Shown: positions 25,485 through 37,800, counted from the stretch's first letter. The stretch: DNA of 64,000 bases from Chara braunii (GCA_003427395.1 BFEA01000014.1:1197477-1261476); one strand, 5' to 3'. Translations and numbers: made by a program. Notes: a model not told the origin generated them from the letters alone.

Positions 25485-25810
25485 TCTGCACCAAACTGCG
25501 TGCTAACGCAGGCACCGCCTGAGCGATACAGAAAGCAGTACGGTGGTCATGAAAGTCGAAATCCGCTAAGTAACAGCTTCACCCTGCTGGGTCAATCAGC
25601 CCCGACAGTGGTTGGCACCATGTGCACAGCCTATGCACGGTTGTCGGGGCAACTCCAACCCCTCAATGAGTAGCGGGGGCGCAGGTCTTGCTGCGGAACC
25701 TGCAATCACGACCCTAGTCGAACAGGCCGCGATGCAGATCTTGGTGGTCGTAGCAAATAGTCAAGTGAAGACCTTAAGGCCCAGGCTTGAGAGGAGTTCC
25801 ATGTGAGCAC
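25485..25810 (+). pseudogene. Degenerate 25S/28S rRNA segment (~325 bp), antisense to its minus-strand host element
   Basis: Colinear LSU blocks: AACTGCGTGCTAAC; ACGGTGGTCATGAAAGTCGAAATCCGCTAAG; TCAATCAGCCCCGA; TGCAGATCTTGGTGGTCGTAGCAAATAGTCAA; GTTCCATGTGA. Confidence 0.9.
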
Positions 25811-26335
25811 CCGCTGTAACCAACACTGTTGCGGATCTCCCGATAGTGCCCTGGGCTGCCCAAGCACAGTTCCGTCTATCGGGCCCCAACAACACTCTCA
25901 CACTTAAGCTTCTCACAATAGTTGGCGGAGGCGGACTGTACACCCCCAATGACTCCCACCGCCCTCGGGTTGCTGCTCCGCAGCTCCGCAGGCCCGCCCG
26001 AGTGTTCTCTAATTCTAGGCTATCGACGCTCTCCAAGTGGAACGCAAGGGAAGCCACGACCACGGACCCCACCACTATGGTTCCTCCCGCGCGGTGGGCC
26101 AAGCTCCCACCGGCCTTCATGCACGTTGGCCTCCTCGGTCCGTGTGCCCACGCAGGTAGGATAGCGGAATTTTGCTAGCATCCTAGACACACAGGAGTAC
26201 CCGAACGGCCCGCCACCGAAACGCGTGATGTCGTGACGGCTACCAGTGCCTGACTATGTAGCAACCGAGCCAGGCCCGTCGGTCCCAACATCTGTCTCGA
26301 AACCGATCGCCAAAACATTAAAAATAAAAGTAGAA

Positions 26336-26336
26336 A

Positions 26337-26374
<38 letters not shown>

Positions 26375-26389
26375 TAATAATAATAATAA
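26336..26389. repeat. (AAT)n microsatellite
   Basis: Seen directly in the sequence. Confidence 0.9.
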
Positions 26390-27548
26390 AAACAAACGCT
26401 AGGGAACACAAAAAATATGTGGAGGCGAGGGGCCACACGTCACGGTCCCGCTGGTCTGTGGTGCCGCACACACCCTGCCCCGCGCATGGTTGCGCCCCAC
26501 TGTCACTACCCAGCATGCGTCGCTCACCCGGGCGAGGACCTAAACTCCCTCCCGCACTCATGCCGTCAAACAGTTGAGGCTGCATTGGTGTAATTTGCAG
26601 AAAACACGCCAAATACCCTTGTAAGGGTATTTGGTACGACATCGGGGCAGCACCATGAGGTTGCATATCACAAACCTGCAGTAGGGGCTTTGTAATGGGG
26701 ATCCTTCGAGATAGGATCATTTGTGTCCCATCCTAACACAAGATTCTCATAGTGACCCTGATTCATGATGGAAGTAATAGAACAGATAGCAGTATATACT
26801 AATGATGGAAACTAAGGGTCGCTTACAACCCTATAACAACTATAAGAGGGATCTACCTCATGACCAAGGTGAGCTAATGGATGATTGGACCGTAGACCCC
26901 ACTAATAATGGATGCTAGGATCCCAACAGACTGACATCCAATCAAACAACATTCCAAATAACCATACTAACAGCATCACTAGGTACGTAACCTGGCCTTC
27001 TAGAGGAGATTTCATGAGGTTAGACCTTGTCTAGGGAAGGGCCATTAGACATTCCCCGTGATATCTAGGCTATAGTTCGACTCGTATCCCAACAATGTCA
27101 ATTCGGGGACACAAAGGGAGTCCAAACCCCCTCAGGAAGACTTATAGTCGCATGTTCACACGTAGCTCTTGAAGTACCTAGGCTGAGTGGGGAAGTAGGG
27201 GTCCCCCAACTCAACCGGGTGCCTCCAACCGTTGTCTCGTCAGGTCACCTAACCAGGCTGGTGTTGGGTGATGGTCCTGGATGGTTCACACTAAGGTAGG
27301 ACATAGGGGGTGGGGGTGCGTCGGGGTAATTGATCAGAGGAAGGGTGAATGGGTGTTTTCAAAAAGGGGATAAAACAAAGGCAAGATAATCCTCTCCCCT
27401 TGGTTCGCCTGAACTCCAGAATTTATGATTCCCTCCTCTCTAATATGCACGGCTCCCTGTCATCTCATATACACGACTCCCTGTCGTCTTGTAGGCTTTA
27501 GGGTCGTAAAAAAAAACTGTAGGAGATTGGGAATATGGATTAACTTAA

Positions 27549-27880
27549 ACCACCAGTATTTCGGCCCTCTATGTTGTTAACACCTCGCAACTTGCAAGGA
27601 TCCCTACTACCATTGATACTTTTCATCAACGGTTTGAATTTCACTCGGACCCTCGAAAGTTGCGGTGCCAGCCCGTGGTCGATCGCGAGTGGTTAACGGG
27701 GTAAACAATTTTTATTGTTGGTTTGTTAATAAAGTGTGCACTCTATGAAATGGTGCAATTTTTGGTTAAAAAAGCTTCGGGTTTTCTTATAAATAGCATT
27801 AAAAACGTTGAAATTTTGGTTCTCCAATGACTCTCCATTAACCACCACTCTTGTCTATATATGGCCGAAGTACTGGTGGT
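27549..27880. mobile_element. TTAA-flanked MITE
   Basis: TTAA-ACCACCAGTATTTCGGCC ... GGCCGAAGTACTGGTGGT-TTAA. Confidence 0.85.
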
Positions 27881-27884
27881 TTAA

Positions 27885-28490
27885 ACCACTAGTACACCCA
27901 TACATCGGTCGCAGACCCCTTTAGAAGGCCAATAATGCTTTGGAGGCAGCCGATGCCCCGACTTTTTTTGTGGTGGTAACTAGTTTCTTTCTGCAACGCT
28001 AGAGCCAAAAGATGATTCATGGAAGACCAAAAATTCGGGATTTTTTGCCGCATCACTACAAGCAATTGCACAAAAAATTTACGAACAAACTATTCAGGCT
28101 CATAATACAAATATAAAATAATAAAATAGGAAAAAGAAAAAACTTAAGAGCACTATAAAACCCTATTCAAAGTAACTTTCAGAACTCGCCAAAATTTTCT
28201 CCGAATCAAGTGTTTTTGCAAACTTTTTCGTTACTGGTCCAAATATGTCGAAAGTGAGTACAGATATACCTTAAAGCACTTTCGGAGTTCGCCAAAATTT
28301 TCAGTAAACTTTTTCGTTACCGGGCCAAATACATCGAAATTGAATATCATAGATATACCCTAAAGCACATACATATCAGTAAAAAAACAAAACAAAGCAA
28401 AAACACAAAGTAAGGGAAATATGGCAATTTCGGTGAAAAAAACGCCAAAAATAACACCACCTAATAACCATAAGTGTGTGTAGTGGTGGT
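27885..28490. mobile_element. Second TTAA-flanked MITE sharing a TTAA with the first
   Basis: TTAA-ACCACTAGTACAC ... GTGTGTAGTGGTGGT-TTAA, with an internal duplication at ~28175-28350. Confidence 0.7.
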
Positions 28491-29149
28491 TTAACTCTCA
28501 CCCTGGACTATGGGTTCCCTCCCCAAAGTGAGGATCCAGGAACACAATAGATCCAGTCTATGTGCCTAATCTCTATTCTGAAAGGACTGCATAATTATTG
28601 TATGGTAATAAGATAGCAGAAGCTACAGTCCGTATCTGCACTACAATAAGGATCTACCAAAATGGATTGGCAACATAAATACACAGAGAGCAAAGTTGAG
28701 TAACGCTCCCCGTAGTGGGGTAGGATGATTGGCTCCTATGCTCCCCCTGTCCCCCACTTTTTTGTATATATTAAAGTCCACGTTGTTATATAGGTTAGGC
28801 CAGATATGCAGTGGTCGTAGTGAACCCCTATTCCCACCATCCTACCTAAGTGTTAATAAATCAAGACCATCAGTCCACCATCCAAAGGGGTGACTTCGAC
28901 TGAACATCAGTTATAGGCACCATTTGGCTTGCTTATCCAGTTCTTTCCTTTTTCCAAAGTTTGGCATTTGGAGGGACGTTGGATCCGGTTTCCGGCCTGA
29001 GTCGGGGCTAGGTAATGACCCCAGTATTTGGGGTTGTGATGTGGAAAAACTCCTAGACTCTGTGATTAAATCAACAATGAAAGTGCAAACTCCATTATAA
29101 TAAAAAAGTTCGTGAAAATGCAGTACTCCCCCATCCTCTATGTTCTCTA

Positions 29150-30400
29150 TATTGAGTCAATCCACAACATTTTTAGTGCAGATGATCGTCTGATCACCCT
29201 AAAAGGCAGCATGAAAGTTGAGCTACAATCGACGGCCTTTGCAGATAACTCAAGAACATTGATTCCCCTGAGGACCCAACAGTTAACCATCCTAAGGAAG
29301 ATCTGCAAACCTTTTGCAAGTACTCGAGGGTCAATTGGAGCAAATCAAAGGATATCCTTCCATCAGAAGCGGACCCTCCGGATGAGTGGGATATACCGAC
29401 AGTGGTCGATGGGGAGAGGATGACTTTTTTATGAGCTAACCTGACAACGAGCTATGGTGGCATCGAACAAATGGCACTAAGGGTCACGAGGGCAACAGCC
29501 CGACTTAAAACATGGAGCGCAAGAGGAAGTATGTGTCTTTGGCAAGGCCATCGTCATTAAAAACTCGATACTCGCTACCCTATGGTATGCGGGCGTCGTC
29601 CATATGCCTGGCAAGCATACCTTTTGGTACATCAAGAAGACAATCCACGCACACTTGTGGTCAAATGATGTGGAGGCAGTGAGTTCTATCTGCAGGATTG
29701 CTTGGAACAAGCTCATTTAACCGAAGCGGTCCGACGGCCTGGGACTTCCAGACCCACACCTGCAGATTATCGCGTTGCAGCTGCGGCAGCTGCTCTGGCA
29801 CCTGCTAGGTACGGTGGAAGGTGCTTGGCAAGAGGTCACTCGGATACACTTGGCTTATACACTCCAGGTGCGTGCGGACATTGTGGTTGTTGTGCACTGA
29901 CGCGATAAGCCACATACGCAGGACCACAATATGGTCAATCGAGGTGGCACTATGGGAGACAGTTCTAGTGAGATGTTGCTTGCCAGAAAATGCAGACGTG
30001 GTCTATAACCAGTTGCTTTTTGGCAACAGGTTTGTCTGTGATGGCATGTGAGAGCCTCTGCCATGGCACAGCCCGAGAGGAGCCTATGGGTGGAAATGGG
30101 CCGAACTGGGGATTTATAAAGTCAACTGGTTAGGGGACGAAGTGTATAAGGATTGACGGCAGGAAGATGAGCTGGTGCAATCCCTGCAGGGGCGGATGAA
30201 GACGAGGCAAAGAGTGAGAGAAGTGTGGGAGGTCATTCCCCCCCAGTGGACAGAGCTATTGAGGAAAGATGAACTAACTTCAGGGAACGGGTGAAAATGA
30301 GAGGAGAGGCCAGAGCAGATAGAGTCTATCATGATAGGGTGGAACAAGTGCTGCCAGATGAGAAGCTGCAAGTGAATAAATAGCAAGTGAACACGGGATA
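29150..30400 (+). pseudogene. Highly decayed L1-type LINE ORF2 remnant (RT C-terminal half)
   Basis: Motifs TAFADN, FGKAIVIKNSILATLWY, AWNKLI*PKRSDGLGLPDP, QLLFGN and KWAELGI, spread across shifting frames. Confidence 0.75.
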
Positions 30401-30779
30401 TGAGGGTCTAGGGGAACCCCTACAACAGATTATGACACGGAAAGCAACTACCCGGAAAAGCTTGGACAAAAGTATGGTTGAAACAGTGGCGATATGTGAA
30501 GGAATAAAGAAGGAGATCTTAGGAAGAATGAAGAGGGAGTGAAACTAAGGAGGCCATGAAGGTATATGAAGATAGGTAGGTTAAAAGGCAAAGGGCGATA
30601 TTTGAAAGTACAACAAAGGAATATGCAATTTGAATGGTTAAAATATAATAGGGGTAATGGTAGAGAACGAGTAATGGGGATGACAGTGGTTATACAGACA
30701 ATAGAGGTAAGAACTCAGTAGTTCTACCTAAGAAGTATGAAATCGGTAGGTTAATAGGCCGCCTGAGGAAATGCCACAG

Positions 30780-32010
30780 GCGCCCCCTTCGTGCTTGACC
30801 TTTCTGGTTTTGACATGTCGCATGACTGGGTGCTGCTAGTAAGTTTCCCGGCGTGCAGGCCAACCGTGACCCTTGCCCATGAACTTCTTAAGGCAAGCAA
30901 TTCACATCCAAGTCCATCAAGAGACTCACCCAGTGTGATAAAATATAAGACTTCCTCAAGGTGGACTGGCTGGGGGGTTGAAGAAGAGCCATCCTCTGTC
31001 GTACTAGCTTAGAGGGTTGAAAGGGGTTCGTCATGATTCCGCAGTCTCAACCAAACCCTCCGGCTCAGTAGGAGAAGATGCTACTCTTGTTGGTTGCACC
31101 CTTTTGGGTCCCGAATGAGGGGACACCATGCAATGATGTGTCCCTCAGTTCTACACTTCAGGCATTAATAATTGTTCATGCGCTGCTGCCATTCCCTTTG
31201 GGTTAGGCTAATTTTCTTGCAGGGACGTTAAGTCACAATATCAGGATATGTCAGAAAAGAGCGAGTTCTCTTCTTCCTTGGATTCCTCGCTGAGGAATCC
31301 ACGTCGCAATGTTGGCTATCATGGCGGTGACGTCATCCAGTCGCAATGTGCTTTCTCGCAGGGACGTCAAGTCGCAATGTTGGCTATCATGGCTGTGACG
31401 TTATCCCGACTCACCGCCACTATTGTTTCATCCTTGGATTCCTCGAGGGGCCACCTCTTCATTGTTTCATCGTCGAAAACGACAAGGAGATGGTCTTATC
31501 GTTATTGCCTCCATAAGATTCGTTCCCGATCCCACTTGATTCTCCTCCTCTTATAACACCAGCAAATGTACCTTTGACCTGTACAGTCATTTGCTCTCGA
31601 TGAAGAGCAAGGTCTCTAAGCCGCTGATAATTATACTTATCTAACTTTGACTCGGCCACAAGTTGACCCCATTTTGGTTCAGGCAAGGCGCGTGAGAAGA
31701 TGTGCAATATCTGGTTATCTTGCAAATTCAGTTTAAGTACCCGCAAAAGGCGATAAACTTCCCGGGATAAAGCCTCGACACTAGCTCAACGCTTTTGCCA
31801 TATCGTGGTGAGTTCATCAAACGTCTTGTCGGTCGTCATCTTGTCAAGAAATCTCTCCTTTATTTTTTGCATAAATTTTCGCAGGTCCGTAGGGTCATAG
31901 TCTTTACCCACTCATTCATATCCTTGAAGTCATCAACGTTGGTCTCTGACAACACACACTCATTGGCAACTTCCCCAAGGCATGAACTGGAGAAGGTCAC
32001 CTGACTGTCT
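30780..32010 (-). pseudogene. Ty3/Gypsy gag remnant with a CCHC zinc knuckle
   Basis: KERFLDK..FDELTTI..SVEALSREV..LNLQDNQILHIFSRALPEP, plus CLKCRTEGHIIAWC at 31123-31164. Contains stops and frameshifts. Confidence 0.75.
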
Positions 32011-32414
32011 CCAACGACAAGTGTGGTCGAGCAATACGTCTGTATTTCAATGATCCATAAAAGAAGGTGTTTTCCTTTATTCCCATTATAGGTGAAGGAC
32101 AATTTCATTTTCACATTTTGCTTTCTCTTTTGTTTTTCCCCATCTTCTTAGTTCTTTGTTATTTTTTTCTTAGAAGTTTTCGTTTTTTTTTAACTATGGG
32201 ATTTCATGGTGTTCTTCATTAATTATTTATTATTCGTTTTTTTTTTCGTGCACCACCTTGCTCTTTCCTTTGACAAGCCTGGTTACTGTCTGGAGTTCGG
32301 CAGTAACGTGATCAATTTTGGTTATCGGGTGTGCAAGGTATTATATCATATTTTCTCAGCGTTTGATCTCATATGAATTTTTTGTCTTATTTCCTCTGTT
32401 TTACTTTTTTGTTA

Positions 32415-33688
32415 TTCGTTTTTTTTCCATTGTCTCTGGTAAGCGTCCTTTTTTCTTTTATCTCCCTCGTACATCTTGTAGTTTCTCATAGACAGTGAGA
32501 CAGCATACGAAAGTATCGCCCCCATTGTGATCAATAAGGGAACAAACCAGACCTTCCAATTGCTTGCGAAAAGAACAGACCTCAGCCTCCGTGTCAAAAC
32601 CAGGTCCACCACCATTCTTTATCAGAACTCCTCTAATCAAACATTCTTGTAGAGCATCTCTCCCCATTATTGCTTGGTTTAACTCAGGCAAGGAACTATC
32701 GGAGAAGGCAAGACTAATTTGTCGCCGCAGGGAACCAAGTAAATCAGATCTATCAGGTTTGGTAATATTACGAGAATTCTTCATCAAATCAGGTGTCGAA
32801 ACTAAATTGTTTAGGCGAAAAGCCACTTATCCTTCATGTCGAGGAAGATCATCGTCAACATTCGAGCAGGTGAAGGGAAAAGACGATTCCAAGTCTCATG
32901 AAAATTGACGAAAATTGTGCATTAACCTCCCAACTGTCTTATTACGTGTCCAAGCAACTCTCATTCGTCGGATCAACATAACTTTCCACGCAAAACCGAT
33001 GTCCAAGTTTAACAATATCCGTATACAAAGCAAACGAACCCTGGATTTGCAGATCAAGTCATCATAACGGATTCGAATAATAACTCGCTTTCTCACCGAG
33101 ATTCCAAAACGTTTGAGGATACAAGCAGACAAAATACACTTGAGGCGAAACCTTGACCGCTTCTAAGGTCCTAATAGCATTATAAGCGAAGACCAGTGTA
33201 TTAAAATCCCAGAGATACAGAACCTTGCAACTGGATGGTTGACTCAAAAAATTGACGAGGGGTTCTTCAAAAGCTAAGGACTTACACAGGAATGGAATAA
33301 TACGTTCAATTTCAAAAGAGATATCTTCCTTTAACCAGGCTCTGACATACCTGAGTTTCATTCGTCCAAACTTACTTGATACTAAACTCCCTCCATACAT
33401 CCTCCTCACAACCTTATATTTCTCCGTCAATAGGTAGCCCCCCGTACAATCAATTCGAAGTCGATAAATATTCCTCCGCTTACATTCCTCCAACCGAAAG
33501 AGCAGGCTTCTCGAAGGTAACCCAAAGCAAGTATGAAACTCAACCAAATCACCAGTCTTGTTTTCTTTACACCTCCTATCTTCCTCATGACTCCCACTCT
33601 TTCTGTTCCTCCTTAATCTCTCTCTTCTCCCCAAACGAGGCTTTCTATTCCGTCTAGGTTTATCCCTACTATTAAGTGCAAGAAACAT
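32415..33688 (-). pseudogene. Inverted N-terminal part of a Penelope-like element ORF
   Basis: Run of broken minus-strand ORFs ending GLVCSLIDHNGGDTFVCC, a motif resembling the D-K/R-N-x-G block that precedes the RT in PLEs. It abuts the plus-strand PLE RT. Confidence 0.55.
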
Positions 33689-33689
33689 C

Positions 33690-34386
33690 CGACGTGGTCG
33701 GGAGGATCTTGCGTCAGACTGTTGGGATACCCATGGGCAAGGCTTCTATTCTAGTCCTAGCATGTTTGTTATGTGCTTATAATGAATTCTTCTTTCTCTC
33801 GACTTTGGGAATGGATCGGAAGTTTTTTTCGGGTTTTAGATTAATTGACGATGTTTCGGTTTTCGTATGGTGTAACGAGAAGGAGGAGGGTTCTCTGAAA
33901 AGAGGTAAGGAAATCATTGAGAGGTTTGCAAGATCCTATGATAACAATTTGGTTCTGGAACACACTGGTGATGGTTGTTCGTAGAATTGCCTTGGATGTG
34001 AATTGAGAATCGGATCAGAAAATGTTGGGGTTATCTGTTGCCCCATTCTTAAGAATCAGAAGGAGGTGATTGGAAGTGGTTTCGTTTTTCAGTGCATTCA
34101 GGACTATGTGTCCTTTTTCAGTAAACAGCCGCAGATGGCCGTCATCAGATCCTTTTTGCATAGAGCTATGTCAATTGAGGGTATGGAGCTGCAATTTTTG
34201 TTGCCCTTGAAAAATAAGTTGTGGAGAAGGGGGTATCCTGGTGACCTATTTGACGTTGCCTTAACCAGTTTGTCGCGCAGATTTGGGAGTATATGGACCC
34301 TGTGGCTTTCGAGTCTGACCAGTTGAAGGAAAATATGAGGATTCACTTATAGGATCTATTGTTACGACATGAAGGGGGTCTGTGGA

Positions 34387-34418
<32 letters not shown>

Positions 34419-34760
34419 CACGGATGGAGGCAGCCTTTCTGGGGGGTCTGACGGAGGCCTAACCCTTTTTGAGAACTCAGTTTAGCTTTAGGGCACCTTT
34501 GTAATTTTTCTTTAGGACCTTCTTGACCTTTTTGTAGTTCGATGGATCGAGTTACCTGTTGGCGTTTTTCTGTTGATCACAGATAAGAAGTTTCCGAGCG
34601 TCGGCTCATTACTTCCAAGACCCCTGATGAGCGAGGTTTGGCGGCCACGCGAAACCGGTCGGGTCAAACGCCAAGCGATTCGTTGCTACGATCTTCAAGC
34701 TTATTCTTAATGAAGAAGTTGAGTTCGGGATGCACCTAGACTCTATCTGTGTTCGGCTTT
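33690..34760 (+). mobile_element. Penelope-like element 3' part (RT motifs B/C, thumb, 3' pseudo-LTR)
   Basis: RQTVGIPMG...LACLL and FRLIDDV are PLE-type RT motifs. The ORF ends at 34326, and a hammerhead ribozyme lies downstream. Confidence 0.8.
34619..34665 (+). ncRNA. Type I minimal hammerhead ribozyme
   Basis: Stem I GACCC/GGGTC, core CTGATGA, stem II GCGAGG/CCACGC, GAAA, minimal palindromic stem III ACCGGT, and a GTC cleavage triplet ending at 34660. Confidence 0.9.
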
Positions 34761-34810
34761 CCTTCTTCTTCTTCTTCTTCTTCTTCTTCTTCTTCTTCTT
34801 CTTTTTCTTC
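34761..34810. repeat. (CTT)n microsatellite
   Basis: Seen directly in the sequence. Confidence 0.9.
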
Positions 34811-37800
34811 CCTCTCCCTCCTCTTCCTCTTTTTCCCTCTCCCTCCTTTTCCTTGAAGTTTCCGTGGTTTGGTGTTTCATGTCAGTGCAAAGGTGTCTTT
34901 TTTGCGTATTCTCGTGAATGGTACAATTGTGGACAACGCAAAACTCAGTGCCGCCTTTAGCCAATCCTCCTCCCACTCCAGGCGGGAACACACTCCTCAT
35001 TCCAGCATGCGTCATCCGACCACGTTCCACAACTCTGCGTAAGCTGAGGAGCAAAGGTTACTACCTTGCCCAATTTGTCGTGAAAACTTATCTTCTCTTC
35101 AAAGGCAACCTCCTGTTCACTCCATCATGCCAGCTTGCAGCAACGCTGAGCGAAGCGCGGAGCCGAGGATGGCATACCGGTGCTTTCAAAAGGCCGACAA
35201 CCCCAAATCTCACCTCGTTATTTCCATCCTCCCACCATCTAAACTGGACCATCGCCGCCCTAATCCACTGGACATGAACTGCCATAGCCCATCCCTGTTG
35301 AAAGTCTTGACAACGCGCCAGTGACCGGACGGGTTGCATCTTGAAGCGAATGCCACCACAAATGAAAAACTTTAGAAGCCTTAAACATCGCGTGGGCAAA
35401 ATATTGCGGGTGAACGGTCGATGGCGCGACGACTCCTTATAGCGCCCTGCCCTTGTGTAATCAGGCCAAGGTAAACAGAACTTTTTCACAAAGGACAAAA
35501 ATTAGCCACTTCCTTCACCTAGTATACCCTTGAATATGTTTCCACCACCTTTTCAGTTTACCCTTGTCATAACCTTGATTGCCCCAAATCCCAGGCATCT
35601 ACGAAGTTGCCCCAACCAACTTGGTCAACTTGACAGGCACAAAGTGAATGGAATCGAAGCTCAGGTGTCGTTTTCTTGGATGTATGGTGGTCATCGATAC
35701 CATCGTCCAACTCACCTAACCACGTCCAACTGTGAGACCCGAGCAGGTGGAGCGAGATGATTACCATTCAAGGCGACCTCTCCACGGAATCGCGGCTTCC
35801 CAAAGGGTTTTTTCTTGATATGTTGGTGTCTGATATGCTGGTACTCGACAGTGAGAGTCAAGCAGGCGGAGAGATACCACTTCCATCATGGTGAGGTTAT
35901 GGTTGGTCAGGTATATTCTCCTCACCATCCACTCAAGATGGGGAAGGCTTGCCCTATTATTTATTGAGGCTTCGCTACTTTTACTAAATCAGTAAATGAT
36001 CTTATTGCTTTTGGTGCTATAGGTTGCTTTGTGAGTGGCTATTTAATTAATCTTTATTTTTATAAGTGTAGGATCGGGTGGAAGAATTCAGGCACGATGG
36101 GGGACGTTCCAACATCCTCCAGTTCACTGGCAGCCACCGAGAAGGAACGAATCAGAATCATAGTTAACAACTGTTACAACGGAGGAATAATTCCGAAAGA
36201 ATTTTGACCATGTGTGGTAGAATCAAGAGAGAATTTTGACGGGGTATTAGTAAATTCCGAAGTCTATTGGATCTAGGAAGAATGACTAATAGAACACGCA
36301 GTAATTATTGTTTTTTTAGGGCTTAAACGCGAGAAAGAACATAAAATTTAAATAGATGGAAAATCATACTTTCTTTTGTTTAGGCCTTCGATGTCTTAGG
36401 CCAAGCTGTATGATTGGAGGGAGTCCATGCGTCTCAAGTTTTTTTCTGAATCCGTGTTCTGCGAATTTCGATTGGAGCATTGCCACACCTCGAGGGTTTC
36501 GTAGAAACACTGTATGAAAAATCCTCAAATTTTATCCTGCCTTCAAAAACAAGAAGATTGACTTAGACGAGGGGGGGGTCGTAGAATTGAAGGTAATATG
36601 TGTCGCCACTCCCTGATGTGAACGTCGTCGAAGGTATTTTCACTCAGAAAACGATGATACATGTTTGCTTCCAAAAGAAGAAACAAAAAACGAATATTGT
36701 TCCTCCGAAAGGAAAAACAATGAACAACCAACTTGTTGCCTCCTCGGCTAACGCAGTTTTGGGGAAGGAAACTCGGACTTGGCAAGTGAAGGGGGGGGAG
36801 GGAAGATTCGGGGATTCCTCGTCAAAACCCTAGAATTAAGCAGCGCAGAACACCCGAGCGCACAGTGTCGGAACCAGACCTGACAGGTATCCAGCCATCT
36901 AATCTGGTTAATCAACCGTTGGCAAAAGATAATCTCCAGGGAAAGGGGCCTTCGAAATCCTACTTTAACAAAGAAGTACTAAACTCCTCCGTCCCTGAAG
37001 AGGGGCTGTTTAAAACCTCACCCTCCGTTAACCCCTCTAAAATCCCATTTGACACATTGATGGCAAATCAATACCAAGACCCCCCAAAAGGCCTACTCCC
37101 TGCCACAGAGGAAGACTCGAGGGGAAACAACTACACGAAGGACAAGTTAGTCCTGAATGAGAGGGATGGTGAAGGAGTGGCAGAAAAAGAAATACATCAA
37201 GAGAACTCAGATGATGAGATGGATTCGGACCATGAGGAGGAGAAAAAGGAGGAGGAAAAAGAAATAGAGAAGGCCCTAGAAAACAAACGGTTGTTTAGAA
37301 ATGCCTTATCCCCACCCACTCCCTCTCCCTTCCCCCCAATTCACAAGCAAGAGGCAGTACCGAACCGTCCCCGGCCATAGAGGACCGAGAGACTGCAGAG
37401 AAGTTGACGTTCATGCCTTCCCCGGAAACAGGAAAGGCAGCGGCAACGCTGACTTACTTTGAGGCCCCCGATACTCAATGACATTTACCTGCTTTGTTTG
37501 AGGAAAGAAAGAAAGAGGGCAGGGAAGGGAAATACATACTTCAGATAGAGGGATCTTCCCCTCTAAACGACCATGCCACCTGCGCGCACACATCGAAAAC
37601 TCCTGATAAACTCATGGAGCACAACGATCCTGATCATAATTTTTTCTCTCCCACAGGAGAGCAGGAGCCCTTGCTTGGAGCCGCTTCCACTAAATCAGCT
37701 AGGAAACAAACCGTTTTCATAAAGAAGAAGAGGGGCCCTTGCTCTAACCAGGTCCCTATTGAGCATACAAAGAAAAACCTGCTCACTTGCACTGAAGCAG

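Larger units (their letters stand above)
25414..26641 (-). mobile_element. 5' end of a minus-strand giant LTR-like element, probably the 5' part of E0
   Basis: The rc starts TGTCGTACCAAATACCCTTACAAGGGTATTTGG. The rc of 26100-26230 matches E3 18640-18780. Outer flank is CCGA on the rc. Confidence 0.8.
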
